A DNA stretch of 64,000 nt from a phage: NCBI GenBank assembly GCA_024686575.1, contig GCA_024686575.1_4863.1. The stretch is one strand, 5' to 3'. Each line of letters starts with the position of its first letter. Positions within the stretch are counted from its first letter, which is position 1. The notes below the pieces were generated by a model, which ran no database searches, was not told the origin of the DNA, and saw only the letters and a list, made by a program, of their open reading frames with translations. A program made the position numbers and the translations under genes. Positions 10,014 through 18,972 of this stretch are shown piece by piece.

Positions 10014-10312
10014 TCTTCTGTAGCAGCTTTAGGTTTATTAACCAGTTCGTCGAGCATGATACCAATCGCCAGAGGGTCGTTCTGGAAAGGTTCTAGCTTT
10101 TCCAATACCTTTGTATCCTTTGCTGCTTTTAACGCCTTCAGGAGGCCTTTACGGGCGTTATAGAAGATTTGCCAGCGACGCCCATGACTGATCGCGGTTT
10201 TGGCTTTGTGGAAGTCGGCTAAGAAAGCTTCAGTCGCTTTGTTTTCAGGTAACTCAAAGCGAAAACGCACACTACGCTCAAAATCCATGTTGACAACAAT
10301 GAACTTTACCAT
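10010..10312 (-). CDS. hypothetical protein
   Basis: 100 aa ORF; GAGG upstream of ATG; perfect palindrome TATAGAG-CTA-CTCTATA lies just upstream. Confidence 0.6.
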   Translation of the reverse strand: MVKFIVVNMDFERSVRFRFELPENKATEAFLADFHKAKTAISHGRRWQIFYNARKGLLKALKAAKDTKVLEKLEPFQNDPLAIGIMLDELVNKPKAATED

Positions 10313-10325
10313 GCTCGAACCTCAT

Positions 10326-10342
10326 TATAGAGCTACTCTATA
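10326..10342. repeat. perfect palindrome TATAGAG-CTA-CTCTATA
   Basis: 17-bp element with 7-bp perfect inverted arms in the 34-bp spacer between two small minus-strand genes; operator-like. Confidence 0.5.
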
Positions 10343-10346
10343 ATAA

Positions 10347-10613
10347 TTACGCCAGTGTAATGTGGTACTTATCAATGTCAGGGAATCGCTCTTTGATCAT
10401 CCCGCAGAACATATCTAGCACCGGATCAGTTTTTGCGGCCTTCTCCATCTCAGGAAAAATACTACGCAGTGGCACGCCAGGGTACAGTCCTGCCGTTTTC
10501 TTAAGCTCTTCTTTATACTTTGCCAACAGAGATTTAACCCCAGCTGTCTTCGGGAAGCCGCACCCTGCGACCCCATCGTTTTCAAAATAGATTACTGCTT
10601 CAACACTAGACAT
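10347..10613 (-). CDS. hypothetical small protein
   Basis: Track ORF 10347-10631; the second in-frame ATG (at 10613) has an AAGGAG Shine-Dalgarno 8 nt upstream, so the shorter 88 aa form is preferred. Confidence 0.55.
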   Translation of the reverse strand: MSSVEAVIYFENDGVAGCGFPKTAGVKSLLAKYKEELKKTAGLYPGVPLRSIFPEMEKAAKTDPVLDMFCGMIKERFPDIDKYHITLA

Positions 10614-10631
10614 TTTAATACTCCTTTTCAT

Positions 10632-10671
10632 GATAAAATAAAAAATAATAATAGGAGACCCGAAGGTCTCC
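10632..10671 (-). terminator. rho-independent terminator
   Basis: Hairpin GGAGACC-CGAA-GGTCTCC followed on minus strand by a long T/A-rich run. Confidence 0.65.
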
Positions 10672-10678
10672 GTATTAC

Positions 10679-12355
10679 TTAGTACAACACTGGTGCAGTT
10701 TTCTCACCATTGCTCAGAAGCAAGTAAGTGTGCTGCGGCAGCTGCATCAATACAATTGCATGTGGCACGTTTTCCTGTACTGCTTCGTAGATAGACACAA
10801 CCGGGTCTGCGGTATTGCCCAGAGACGCTACCGTAACTACGTCGTGTTTATCAACAGAATGGTACATGCCTGGAATCACGATGGTGAACTGGCTCTGAAT
10901 CAGATTAACCACCTTGCCAGAATCGCTCAGCTTGATAGTCAGTTTGCGCAGAGAGTTTGCTACCATCAGGAACAGGTCACGGAACCAGTCTTCATATTCA
11001 CTTACGCCGTTGTCGCCAGCGGTTGCTGTGAACAGATCTTTTACGAAGAAATCAATATCGCTGATTTTCCGTTCGAAATCGATAGCTTTGAACTTCGGCA
11101 CATCTTTACCACGCTTAGTGCCCAGCGACAGCGCGTTGTGTACCAGGAAAGTGATATTCGCCAGGTACGCATTAGCAAAGCGAGAAATTTCACTGATAAC
11201 CACTTCTGCTTCGCTGCTGTTCGCAATCGCATATTCGTGCAGTTCTTTCGTGTTCTTACGCAGTTCATCGATCGTGCGTTTCACCTTAGCCATGATAGTT
11301 TCAACATCTTCTACCAACGCCAAGTTGTCGAGATCGGATTTCAGTGCGTCGTGCTTAGCAACGAATTGTTTCATGCGTTCGCACATGTCAGTGTTAACAC
11401 CGACCAGATACGCGCGATAGCTATCCCGTGCACGCACAATCAGGTCAGCCCCGTCGTAGAAAACAACCTCTTCATTACCGTTAAAGATATCTTGCAACGG
11501 TGTAGCCCAATCACGCGTTTCCGCGTAAACAGATTGCTTAATGCGACTGTTAGCTTCCTTCGCTGGAATCGACATTTTAAGCTCGGGGGTTTTCAGCTCG
11601 TGAAGTGCGTAGTCTTCCATCAAATCAATCTCCTGCAGAATGTTGTTAATTGGGCCATTGGTAGTGTCCTTCTCGGTTTCTTCTGTTGCGCCGAGTGGGG
11701 AAAGCACTGGGTTATTAACTGTAGCATTAGACACCGGCATTGGTTGTACAGGCACCTGTGCTGGTTCAGGCTGGGGCTGTTGTGCTGTGGCTGGGACTAC
11801 TTGCGCCGGTTGTGGGTTCAGGATAGGATCACTAACCAGGTTAAGACCTGCACCGCCAGCAATCACGGTTAGTGCCGCATCCGTGTTACCAATCTTAACA
11901 CCACCGGATGGCGCAGAAGACATGGTCAAGCCATCAGTAACACGCACACCGCCAGAACTGTTACCGCCCAGTAACCCGCCTGCGTTGCTACCACCACCTA
12001 AACCACCACTGCCACCCAAACCGCCGGACTGCTGAGAACGAATTTCGGCAAGAATCTTACCGACTTGTTCCCAAGCATTAACCAGTTTGGTGTGACGATC
12101 GTCGTTATACGCGTCGCCCGCGTTATGCACCTGCTGATAGGCAGCTGCTTTATACGCGTCGACCGCATATGCGATAACCTGTGCTTCACTACCCCCTTTG
12201 GATGCTGCCCATGCCGCAACATACGTCGCAATCTTTAACGCCTGATCTGGCGGAATGCTACGACTACGCATCACGTTATTCAACTGCGACAGTACCGCGT
12301 CCTGATCGAGGTGTTTAACGATGACGTTTTTGATTTGTTCAACAGTAATGCTCAT
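10679..12355 (-). CDS. hypothetical protein with central Gly-rich and Pro/Gln-rich linker
   Basis: 558 aa; AAGGAG Shine-Dalgarno; internal low-complexity stretch GGLGGSGGLGGGSNAGGLLGG followed by PQPAQVVPATAQQPQPEPAQVPVQP; terminator downstream. Confidence 0.7.
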   Translation of the reverse strand: MSITVEQIKNVIVKHLDQDAVLSQLNNVMRSRSIPPDQALKIATYVAAWAASKGGSEAQVIAYAVDAYKAAAYQQVHNAGDAYNDDRHTKLVNAWEQVGKILAEIRSQQSGGLGGSGGLGGGSNAGGLLGGNSSGGVRVTDGLTMSSAPSGGVKIGNTDAALTVIAGGAGLNLVSDPILNPQPAQVVPATAQQPQPEPAQVPVQPMPVSNATVNNPVLSPLGATEETEKDTTNGPINNILQEIDLMEDYALHELKTPELKMSIPAKEANSRIKQSVYAETRDWATPLQDIFNGNEEVVFYDGADLIVRARDSYRAYLVGVNTDMCERMKQFVAKHDALKSDLDNLALVEDVETIMAKVKRTIDELRKNTKELHEYAIANSSEAEVVISEISRFANAYLANITFLVHNALSLGTKRGKDVPKFKAIDFERKISDIDFFVKDLFTATAGDNGVSEYEDWFRDLFLMVANSLRKLTIKLSDSGKVVNLIQSQFTIVIPGMYHSVDKHDVVTVASLGNTADPVVSIYEAVQENVPHAIVLMQLPQHTYLLLSNGEKTAPVLY

Positions 12356-12386
12356 TGTAAATAATACTCCTTAAGAGATGTAATAA

Positions 12387-14165
12387 TTAGCGGCCGATTT
12401 TAGCAATGTCTTCTTCGGTCGGTCTGATGTACGGGTCCAGTTTAGGATTCCGCATCATTACCAAACTTGGGTTGGTCTTCATGTACGGGTTGAGGATGTT
12501 TGCCTTAAACGGTGCCGACTTAGGAATATAGTAGACGTTACCGCATTCCAGATGCGACGCGGATGCGTGCTTAGTACGGTCGTTCAAGTTAACGGTCTTG
12601 CCTCCTTTCTTCGAACGCTTAGCATCGGTTTCGGTTTGACCGATGGCGTGCGTAGACACTGCCAATACCATTGATTCTGTAGAGGCATTGAAGAAACTGA
12701 TACCGCCGTTGCTCGTAATGGTGCGCATCACCAGATTGAGCACGATCTGTTTGTTCAGTGCGTCTCGAATAGACTTCGCCGCTGTCTCTGGAGTCCGATG
12801 TTCCAACTGCCCCAGCTTCCAACGTATTTTCGAGATCGTTGTGGTAAAGCCACGTTGACCCAACAGTAGGTAATCGGTTACCGTGAGACGTTTTCCGTAC
12901 ATAGACGGAATATCATCTTGCTTGGTAAGTCGAGTGCGTACCATCAGCTGCGTGGTATACCAGAGGAAATCAAACATATCCAAATCATCAGGGATGGACG
13001 GATCGTTTGCCATCAGCTCACCACGGAAGGTGCTGTTGACATAGCGTTCACATTCCTGGAAGTGGCTGTCCATACTGCGACTCAGTTCGATATCCGAAGG
13101 CTTCAGTCCGCGAATACTGCGGCCCAACACTTCACGCCAAGACGCTGCAGAGTTGAGGTTTGCAATATCTTCGTCCATTGCCATTTCATTAATCTGTGTA
13201 AACAGCCCCGGTAATGTTGGCGCACGACCGTTCTTACTGTTCTGTTTACCTGCGTAGTAGTGCGCTGCTTTGAAGAATGCGGCAGTCGCTACCAGCAACA
13301 GATGTTCGTTTTGATCCCAACGCCCTGCATCGGTGTTAGGCATATCTTCACGTTTAACCAACAGCACGTACTGGATGGTCTTCGCGAGTTGTGGCTCACC
13401 GGATTGAATCACCACATACTTCGTTAAGTCCACATCACGTACTTTAATCGCTGGCCAAATCGCCACATCAACGCCCGCATAACGCTTCACGGCTTGTTTA
13501 AAGCCATAACGCCCAAAGAGCCAATACATCAGTGGCTTCTCATCTGTGTCGTGTCCAATCTGTCCAGTGGAGACAAACAGATTCGATGTACCCGGCAAGA
13601 ACAGCTGCTCAGGGCGACCATTCACCAGAATCTTCGTTGGTTTCTTACAGAACTTGATAGACACCTTGCGAGTGAAGTCAAAGTTAATAAAGATACCGCC
13701 GTGCTCACGACATATACCAGGTTGATGGATTACAGGTGCTACGTGGTACGTTGTACCATAGTAGTTCATTAAGCCGCCACGACGAATAAACGGCAGGCTC
13801 ATTGGTCGTTGCACCGGGCGAGGATCACCTGGAACTCGGAACGAGGCCATTACCATATACGTGTCAGTGGATGAGATGTTAATAATTGACCGGCCACGAT
13901 TATTTCGTGAATTGTTATCCGACTTCGATAACTTAAAGATAAAAGCTTCAAACGGCGACATTTGGCGACAACCTAATACCGTTAACCCTTCTGGTAATTT
14001 CGGGTTATCGATTTCATCATACGTCAACTCACGACGTAGAATGGTTGCCACACGATCATGTATCCCATCTTTAGCTTGTGTGTACCCAACTCCTTCTGCA
14101 ATTGCACGATTAAAAGGCACTATTTCGCCTGCCTCTTTAATCTTCCTAATCGCATCTTTAAACAC
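12387..14165 (-). CDS. hypothetical protein
   Basis: 592 aa ORF; no recognisable motif by eye. Confidence 0.7.
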   Translation of the reverse strand: MFKDAIRKIKEAGEIVPFNRAIAEGVGYTQAKDGIHDRVATILRRELTYDEIDNPKLPEGLTVLGCRQMSPFEAFIFKLSKSDNNSRNNRGRSIINISSTDTYMVMASFRVPGDPRPVQRPMSLPFIRRGGLMNYYGTTYHVAPVIHQPGICREHGGIFINFDFTRKVSIKFCKKPTKILVNGRPEQLFLPGTSNLFVSTGQIGHDTDEKPLMYWLFGRYGFKQAVKRYAGVDVAIWPAIKVRDVDLTKYVVIQSGEPQLAKTIQYVLLVKREDMPNTDAGRWDQNEHLLLVATAAFFKAAHYYAGKQNSKNGRAPTLPGLFTQINEMAMDEDIANLNSAASWREVLGRSIRGLKPSDIELSRSMDSHFQECERYVNSTFRGELMANDPSIPDDLDMFDFLWYTTQLMVRTRLTKQDDIPSMYGKRLTVTDYLLLGQRGFTTTISKIRWKLGQLEHRTPETAAKSIRDALNKQIVLNLVMRTITSNGGISFFNASTESMVLAVSTHAIGQTETDAKRSKKGGKTVNLNDRTKHASASHLECGNVYYIPKSAPFKANILNPYMKTNPSLVMMRNPKLDPYIRPTEEDIAKIGR

Positions 14166-14176
14166 ACCGGCCTCCC

Positions 14177-15181
14177 TCAGAGAATCATCCCAACGAGTGC
14201 TACCCCTGCAGCCAAATACGCGGGAATGGATTTCAAGAACTCCGAGCTATCTTTTCGCTGATAAGCTCGGGACTCGTATTGGTCTTTACGAACATCGGAA
14301 CGCAACTTAAGCTCATTCGTCTGGATTGCGTTAAGGGTGTTAATCCTCTCCTTCTCCAGCGCCAGATTATTAAGTTGCGTACGATAATCGAGGTCTTGCC
14401 GATTCTTTTTCTCATCGAGATCTTGCAACTTGGCCTGATACGTGGCTTCCAGCTTCGCACGAACATCTCGCAACTCTGGAATGTTATCGAGCCACCGATA
14501 ACGCCTCGCTTCATCTTCAGATGCAAACGCCCGGAACGGGGACATCGGGTCATCGAAAGCGTACATTATCATCTTACCCCCTTCGACACACTCCGCACCA
14601 CCGATTACCATGTAAATACCCTCGTCGTAATACTTCGATCGAATCGGTTCGACTTCCAACATCGTTGTATAGAACCTCAGCCACTTTAAAGGTGCTGGGT
14701 CTTCGTACTTCTGCACAACTACCACGCCCAAGGCAAATTCTTTACGATCCCCTCCTGGCTTACCAATAACCTCAGAATCGAGTTTTACTGGTTGAGTAGA
14801 GAAAGCCATTCCTAGCTTCTTCAACACCACCAAGTCGCCTCGCATTAACGCACCGATATCATCAACTACATACATCAGCGTTGTTTCGCCGTTCGTAGTT
14901 AATTCCTTACATATCTGCGCATACTGCTTTGGCGAATGTGCGTCGCGCAAACCAGATAGGTTAGCACCGTTCGCAAACACCGTATAGGTCACGTAAATCA
15001 CAATCCCAAATTCCGCCGCTGTGGTGGACGACGGGGCTAAAACAAAATGCCCGCCACTGAGTTCAGTGACGTAAATGGGAAACCCGGTATTATTTTCGTA
15101 CGTGATAGTCTTCGACACGGCACCACGGTGCATGGGCCGCTGGGTTAGCGTTGGCTGAACGTCTAAATCATAACGGTTCAT
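14177..15181 (-). CDS. hypothetical coiled-coil protein with C-terminal hydrophobic anchor
   Basis: Track ORF begins at a TTG (15205); first ATG at 15181 (MNRYDL...); C-terminal region rich in heptad-like K/E/L/Q repeats, ending in AAGVALVGMIL. Confidence 0.6.
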   Translation of the reverse strand: MNRYDLDVQPTLTQRPMHRGAVSKTITYENNTGFPIYVTELSGGHFVLAPSSTTAAEFGIVIYVTYTVFANGANLSGLRDAHSPKQYAQICKELTTNGETTLMYVVDDIGALMRGDLVVLKKLGMAFSTQPVKLDSEVIGKPGGDRKEFALGVVVVQKYEDPAPLKWLRFYTTMLEVEPIRSKYYDEGIYMVIGGAECVEGGKMIMYAFDDPMSPFRAFASEDEARRYRWLDNIPELRDVRAKLEATYQAKLQDLDEKKNRQDLDYRTQLNNLALEKERINTLNAIQTNELKLRSDVRKDQYESRAYQRKDSSEFLKSIPAYLAAGVALVGMIL

Positions 15182-15220
15182 TGAGCATCCCAGTAATAAT
15201 ACCAAAAGAATTATTCACGT

Positions 15221-15235
15221 AGATAATATCTATCT
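15221..15235 (-). promoter_or_regulatory. conserved motif 2 (plus AGATAATATCTATCT; inverted repeat AGATA-N5-TATCT)
   Basis: Exact 15-mer present four times in the window; here about 45 nt upstream of the ATG at 15181. Confidence 0.5.
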
Positions 15236-15286
15236 CAGATTACTTTGGGCACGGGTTCATACCCAGTGCCCGTAACGTAAAAAACT

Positions 15287-15985
15287 TTAGGGTATTAGGC
15301 GTTGGGCTATTTCGCGGAGTTGGTCGCGGGTTAAATCAGCCAACTTCTGGTCGCCGAAGCCCAACTTCAGACCCAGCTCGTACCCAGCTTGCGGATACGT
15401 GTTCGTGTTTGCTACTGAGAGGAGTGCATCGGCTATCTTTACCATCGTTAACTCGAGAGACGCATACGGGGCGGGGATCGGCTGATTCACGATTTGGTAA
15501 TTATAACGCACTGCGGCGTTATCGTAGTCAAACTCCATCCTTCTGCCGAGAACGTTAAACGACTCCGCAGAATAACTACCAAGTGGGTGATTGGCTTTTT
15601 CCCACAAATCTTTCCGTTCAGTAAACCCAGTCGCGAAGTTCTGACGTATGGTGTCGAATATTTGCGTTGCCTGGCTAGGGTGTATATTTTTCAGCTCATT
15701 GTAGTCGTAGTCGGCGATGGAATATAGAGTGAACACAACACCGTTTATATTTAACTGCGGATAATCCATCCGCAGACTGTCATCACCTTGTAAATGAAGT
15801 TCCCACATCCTTACCCACTGCAATATCGCGCTTACCGCATCGTGACTGAGATAAAAATTAGTAGGTTCTTCAGGATTTTCACGGAAGGGAACAGAGCATT
15901 CCGATACAAAAAAGCCGGCTGCCATAAATCCTCTGCCGTCGAACATAGGCGCAACTAATCTTGATTTTTCTAAATTGATTACCAT
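15287..15985 (-). CDS. hypothetical protein
   Basis: 232 aa; AAGGAG Shine-Dalgarno 8 nt upstream of ATG; preceded by the AGATAGATATTATCT motif and the terminator of the upstream gene. Confidence 0.7.
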   Translation of the reverse strand: MVINLEKSRLVAPMFDGRGFMAAGFFVSECSVPFRENPEEPTNFYLSHDAVSAILQWVRMWELHLQGDDSLRMDYPQLNINGVVFTLYSIADYDYNELKNIHPSQATQIFDTIRQNFATGFTERKDLWEKANHPLGSYSAESFNVLGRRMEFDYDNAAVRYNYQIVNQPIPAPYASLELTMVKIADALLSVANTNTYPQAGYELGLKLGFGDQKLADLTRDQLREIAQRLIP

Positions 15986-16025
15986 TACTGTCTCCTTAAG
16001 TTAAAACCGAACGACTCTCTCCCTA

Positions 16026-16040
16026 AGATAATATCTATCT
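16026..16040 (-). promoter_or_regulatory. conserved motif 2, copy downstream of the 766 aa gene terminator
   Basis: Exact 15-mer 41 nt upstream of the ATG at 15985, immediately after the terminator U-run. Confidence 0.5.
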
Positions 16041-16089
16041 ATAAATTTTTAGAAAAAAAGAAAAAGCTTACTCCCCGAAGGGAGTAAGC
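16041..16089 (-). terminator. rho-independent terminator after the highly expressed 766 aa gene
   Basis: Stem GCTTACTCC/GGAGTAAGC followed on minus strand by TTTTTCTTTTTTTC. Confidence 0.8.
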
Positions 16090-16120
16090 TAATCTTAGGC
16101 AACGTAATCCTTACGGATTA

Positions 16121-18421
16121 TTAGCCGCCAGCGCCTTCACCGCCAGTACCTGGCTGGGTAGCACCGCCGCCAACATCACCAGCATTACCACCGTCAGTAC
16201 CGCCGGTACCGTTGGAAGTAGTAGTGACGTTGAACGCCAGTTTCTCTTCCACGAACTTGGTGATACCTTTAATCCAGATCAGACCAGTGATCGGGCAGTG
16301 GCAGATGTGCGCGTTACGAGGCTGTACTGCCAGCTCTTTGCTGGTAGCGCCGTTACGCTGGATGTTGATGTTGGTTACCATGATCGGAGACCAGAAGTGG
16401 TTACCCCAGTTCAGAACACAGTAAGAACCATCATCAGCGGTTGGAACTTTCAGAACCCACTGCAGGCGGCGAGTCCAGCTGCCGTCAGCTTCGTTCTTCA
16501 CACGCCAGCGGTCATCGTTGGTGGTGATAACTTCGTACTCGTAGCGATCGCCCAGCAGACGCTGGTCACCCTGAACCAGCAGCAGCATTGCAGCAGTCGG
16601 TTCGTCAGTTGCGATAACAACTTTCGGCAGTGCGTTCGGGTCCGCAGTCAGCAGGCGCAGAGCCGGCATGAAGCGAGAGTCCTGGATAGCACGAGTTACC
16701 TGGTCACCGATACGCTGTACCAGACCCTGACGGGCGTTGATGAGCGCATCTTTGGTATCCAGAGACTGGATCACTTTGTCCACTTCGTAGTCGCTTTCGC
16801 TGTACCACGGAGCAACCCAGTGACGGCCCAGGCCGCGGATAGCAGGTTTGTCCCACGGAGTGATCATGGACGCAGCTGCGTTCTTAACCGCTTCGGTGTA
16901 AGACAGAGTCTGAGTGATAGCCAGCATTTCGTTACGGATGTTAACCGCAGAAACGAGGTCGTCCAGACGTTCGGTGTCGTCGTATTCAACGCCAACCGGA
17001 GATTTGGTCATGATCGGAGAACCGTACTGCAGTTTGTAGTTCTCTTGTTCCCAAATCGGGTCGAGCAGAAGGCCCTGGGTTCTCCGGTTCTCGTTGGTAC
17101 GAGTACCGTCGAAGCGCCAGCCCAGCAGCTCCAGTTTCAGGTTGTCGATGATGACTTTGCCGGTGCCGCTTTCGATATCAACAGCAGTACCAGTTGCGTC
17201 GTACAGACCTTCGATTTCCAGAGACGGTGCAGTCACGTCAACACGACCAGAGAACTGACCATTGGTGAACAGAGACATGCTGATGTTCATGGAATAACGA
17301 ATGGTGTAATCGTTCTGTGCCAGAGCGGCCAGTGCCGGGATTTCAGCACCTTTCCAGTCCAGAGACTTGGCGTTCAGGGAGAACACAGTGCGACGGAACT
17401 GCAGGACCAGCTCACGGCCATCACCTTCAGGAGGACGCTGGAAGGTAGCGAACTGCATGTCGCGTACGTTCAGTTTGATCAGCGCACCATCTTTCGCTTC
17501 TTCGGCCGGCTTACGCACAGACAGCAGCAGGCTACCCAGCGCTGCACCCGGTGCGATTTCGTCGGTTTCATCGTAACCTTCCTGCACGATACCCGGATGG
17601 GCAGACAGCTGGAACAGGTTCAGACGACGCTCAGAGAAGCTCAGGTAGTTGGTCGGATACGCCGGCACACGACCCAGCTGAACGTTTTCGTTTTCGATGA
17701 TGTCTTCGGATACGAAGAACTTCGCGTTCTCACCGGTTTCCATCACGTAAGGTACGATACGGATAGCATCGTCCTGCAGGACTTTGTGGTTAGACAGCGC
17801 GTTATGCAGCGGCTGACGGTTGTCTTCAACCACGTCTTTGGTCAGCAGGGCGTTCAGGATACCACGAGTTACAGTAGTAACTTTGGTACGAACGGTGATC
17901 CCGACGTCGTTGGTGTCCACAGTGATGGTCGGGAACAGGGTTTCTGCAAACTTGGATTGAGTTTCCAGAGCACGCACGTTCAGCGTCCAGGTCAGACCCA
18001 GGTTTTTGTCCAGGTCTTTGTTGGTGTAGTATTCGGTTGCGACCAGCGGAGTTTTACCGTAGTCAGCAGCCAGGGATGCTGCACCAGAAATAGCGATCGG
18101 CATATAGCTGGCGTATTCCGGCTTCGCGCTCTCAGCAGCAACACGGGTCATGAAGTCATCTTCGTGACCGGCAGCAGCCAGAATCATCGCAGAAGCAACC
18201 TGAGCAGCGTGGCTCATGGTTTTGCCAGGGTTTACAGCTTCGTAGTGCTGCTGAGCAGTGTCACGCAGGTTGGTGAAGCCGGCAGCATTTTTACGTACAG
18301 ATTCGCCAACGGCTACGGTTTGCCATACGTCATTAGCGGAAGAGCCTGCCTTGGCAGCAGCGACCAGAGCATTGCCCTGCTGAACCAGCTGGTCCAGACT
18401 AGCGATACGGGTATCTTTCAT
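16121..18421 (-). CDS. highly expressed structural protein, candidate major capsid protein
   Basis: 766 aa; strong preference for GGT/CTG/CGT/AAC/ACC codons unlike most neighbours; strong terminator directly downstream; Gly-rich C-terminal tail. Capsid role is a guess from size and expression. Confidence 0.75.
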   Translation of the reverse strand: MKDTRIASLDQLVQQGNALVAAAKAGSSANDVWQTVAVGESVRKNAAGFTNLRDTAQQHYEAVNPGKTMSHAAQVASAMILAAAGHEDDFMTRVAAESAKPEYASYMPIAISGAASLAADYGKTPLVATEYYTNKDLDKNLGLTWTLNVRALETQSKFAETLFPTITVDTNDVGITVRTKVTTVTRGILNALLTKDVVEDNRQPLHNALSNHKVLQDDAIRIVPYVMETGENAKFFVSEDIIENENVQLGRVPAYPTNYLSFSERRLNLFQLSAHPGIVQEGYDETDEIAPGAALGSLLLSVRKPAEEAKDGALIKLNVRDMQFATFQRPPEGDGRELVLQFRRTVFSLNAKSLDWKGAEIPALAALAQNDYTIRYSMNISMSLFTNGQFSGRVDVTAPSLEIEGLYDATGTAVDIESGTGKVIIDNLKLELLGWRFDGTRTNENRRTQGLLLDPIWEQENYKLQYGSPIMTKSPVGVEYDDTERLDDLVSAVNIRNEMLAITQTLSYTEAVKNAAASMITPWDKPAIRGLGRHWVAPWYSESDYEVDKVIQSLDTKDALINARQGLVQRIGDQVTRAIQDSRFMPALRLLTADPNALPKVVIATDEPTAAMLLLVQGDQRLLGDRYEYEVITTNDDRWRVKNEADGSWTRRLQWVLKVPTADDGSYCVLNWGNHFWSPIMVTNINIQRNGATSKELAVQPRNAHICHCPITGLIWIKGITKFVEEKLAFNVTTTSNGTGGTDGGNAGDVGGGATQPGTGGEGAGG

Positions 18422-18433
18422 TTCAAGTTTACC

Positions 18434-18958
18434 TTATTTAGATAAATGACATGCGTACAACTGCGTCAGCACTTCGTGCGCAGCAAACTGCGTCGACGTA
18501 CTGAACGTATCATCCACGACACGAGTCTTGGGACGCATATATTTAAAAAGTTCTGCGCAGAACATCTTTTTCGCAGCGTGGTCTTCACTTAAAGAAAAAC
18601 CCGGTCCGGATTTAGCTTCTGCAAAAGACGCCACAACAACATCGCCACGTTGTGAGAACACCCAACGTAAACGACCGTCGAATGATTCCCCATATAAATC
18701 AGCAAGGGTTTCATTCGTACCTTTCTCAACCAGGTTTAAGACCTGGTCATAATAAAGAGTCGGAAGTGCAGGTGGTGCCATAATCGATTTATAAATCGAA
18801 ATAGGGTCACTCACTGGCAGTATGATGGAACTAAAGCCCGACGAGCAGTCATATAACCAGTTAAAGAAGCTTGCTTGGAGTTCCTCCAACTTTTTAACGC
18901 CAGCCCCTTTATCTATGTTAGATTGAACTTCCCACGGTGGACTAAAACGAATTTGCAT
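18434..18958 (-). CDS. hypothetical protein
   Basis: Track ORF 18434-19012; internal ATG at 18958 avoids a 40-nt divergent overlap with the plus gene at 18973; stop lies 12 nt upstream of the 766 aa gene start. Confidence 0.5.
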   Translation of the reverse strand: MQIRFSPPWEVQSNIDKGAGVKKLEELQASFFNWLYDCSSGFSSIILPVSDPISIYKSIMAPPALPTLYYDQVLNLVEKGTNETLADLYGESFDGRLRWVFSQRGDVVVASFAEAKSGPGFSLSEDHAAKKMFCAELFKYMRPKTRVVDDTFSTSTQFAAHEVLTQLYACHLSK

Positions 18959-18972
18959 TTTAAGGATGCTCC

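Noticed and set aside
10730-11872. 380 aa plus-strand ORF antisense to the 558 aa gene
   Set aside because: Shadow ORF inside a better-supported minus-strand gene; no ribosome-binding site; composition typical of an antisense frame.
16298-18445. 715 aa plus-strand ORF antisense to the 766 aa gene
   Set aside because: It lies entirely within the strongly codon-biased minus-strand gene, which has a Shine-Dalgarno and terminator. The antisense translation is Val/Arg/Gln/Phe-rich, typical of a shadow frame kept open by codon bias.
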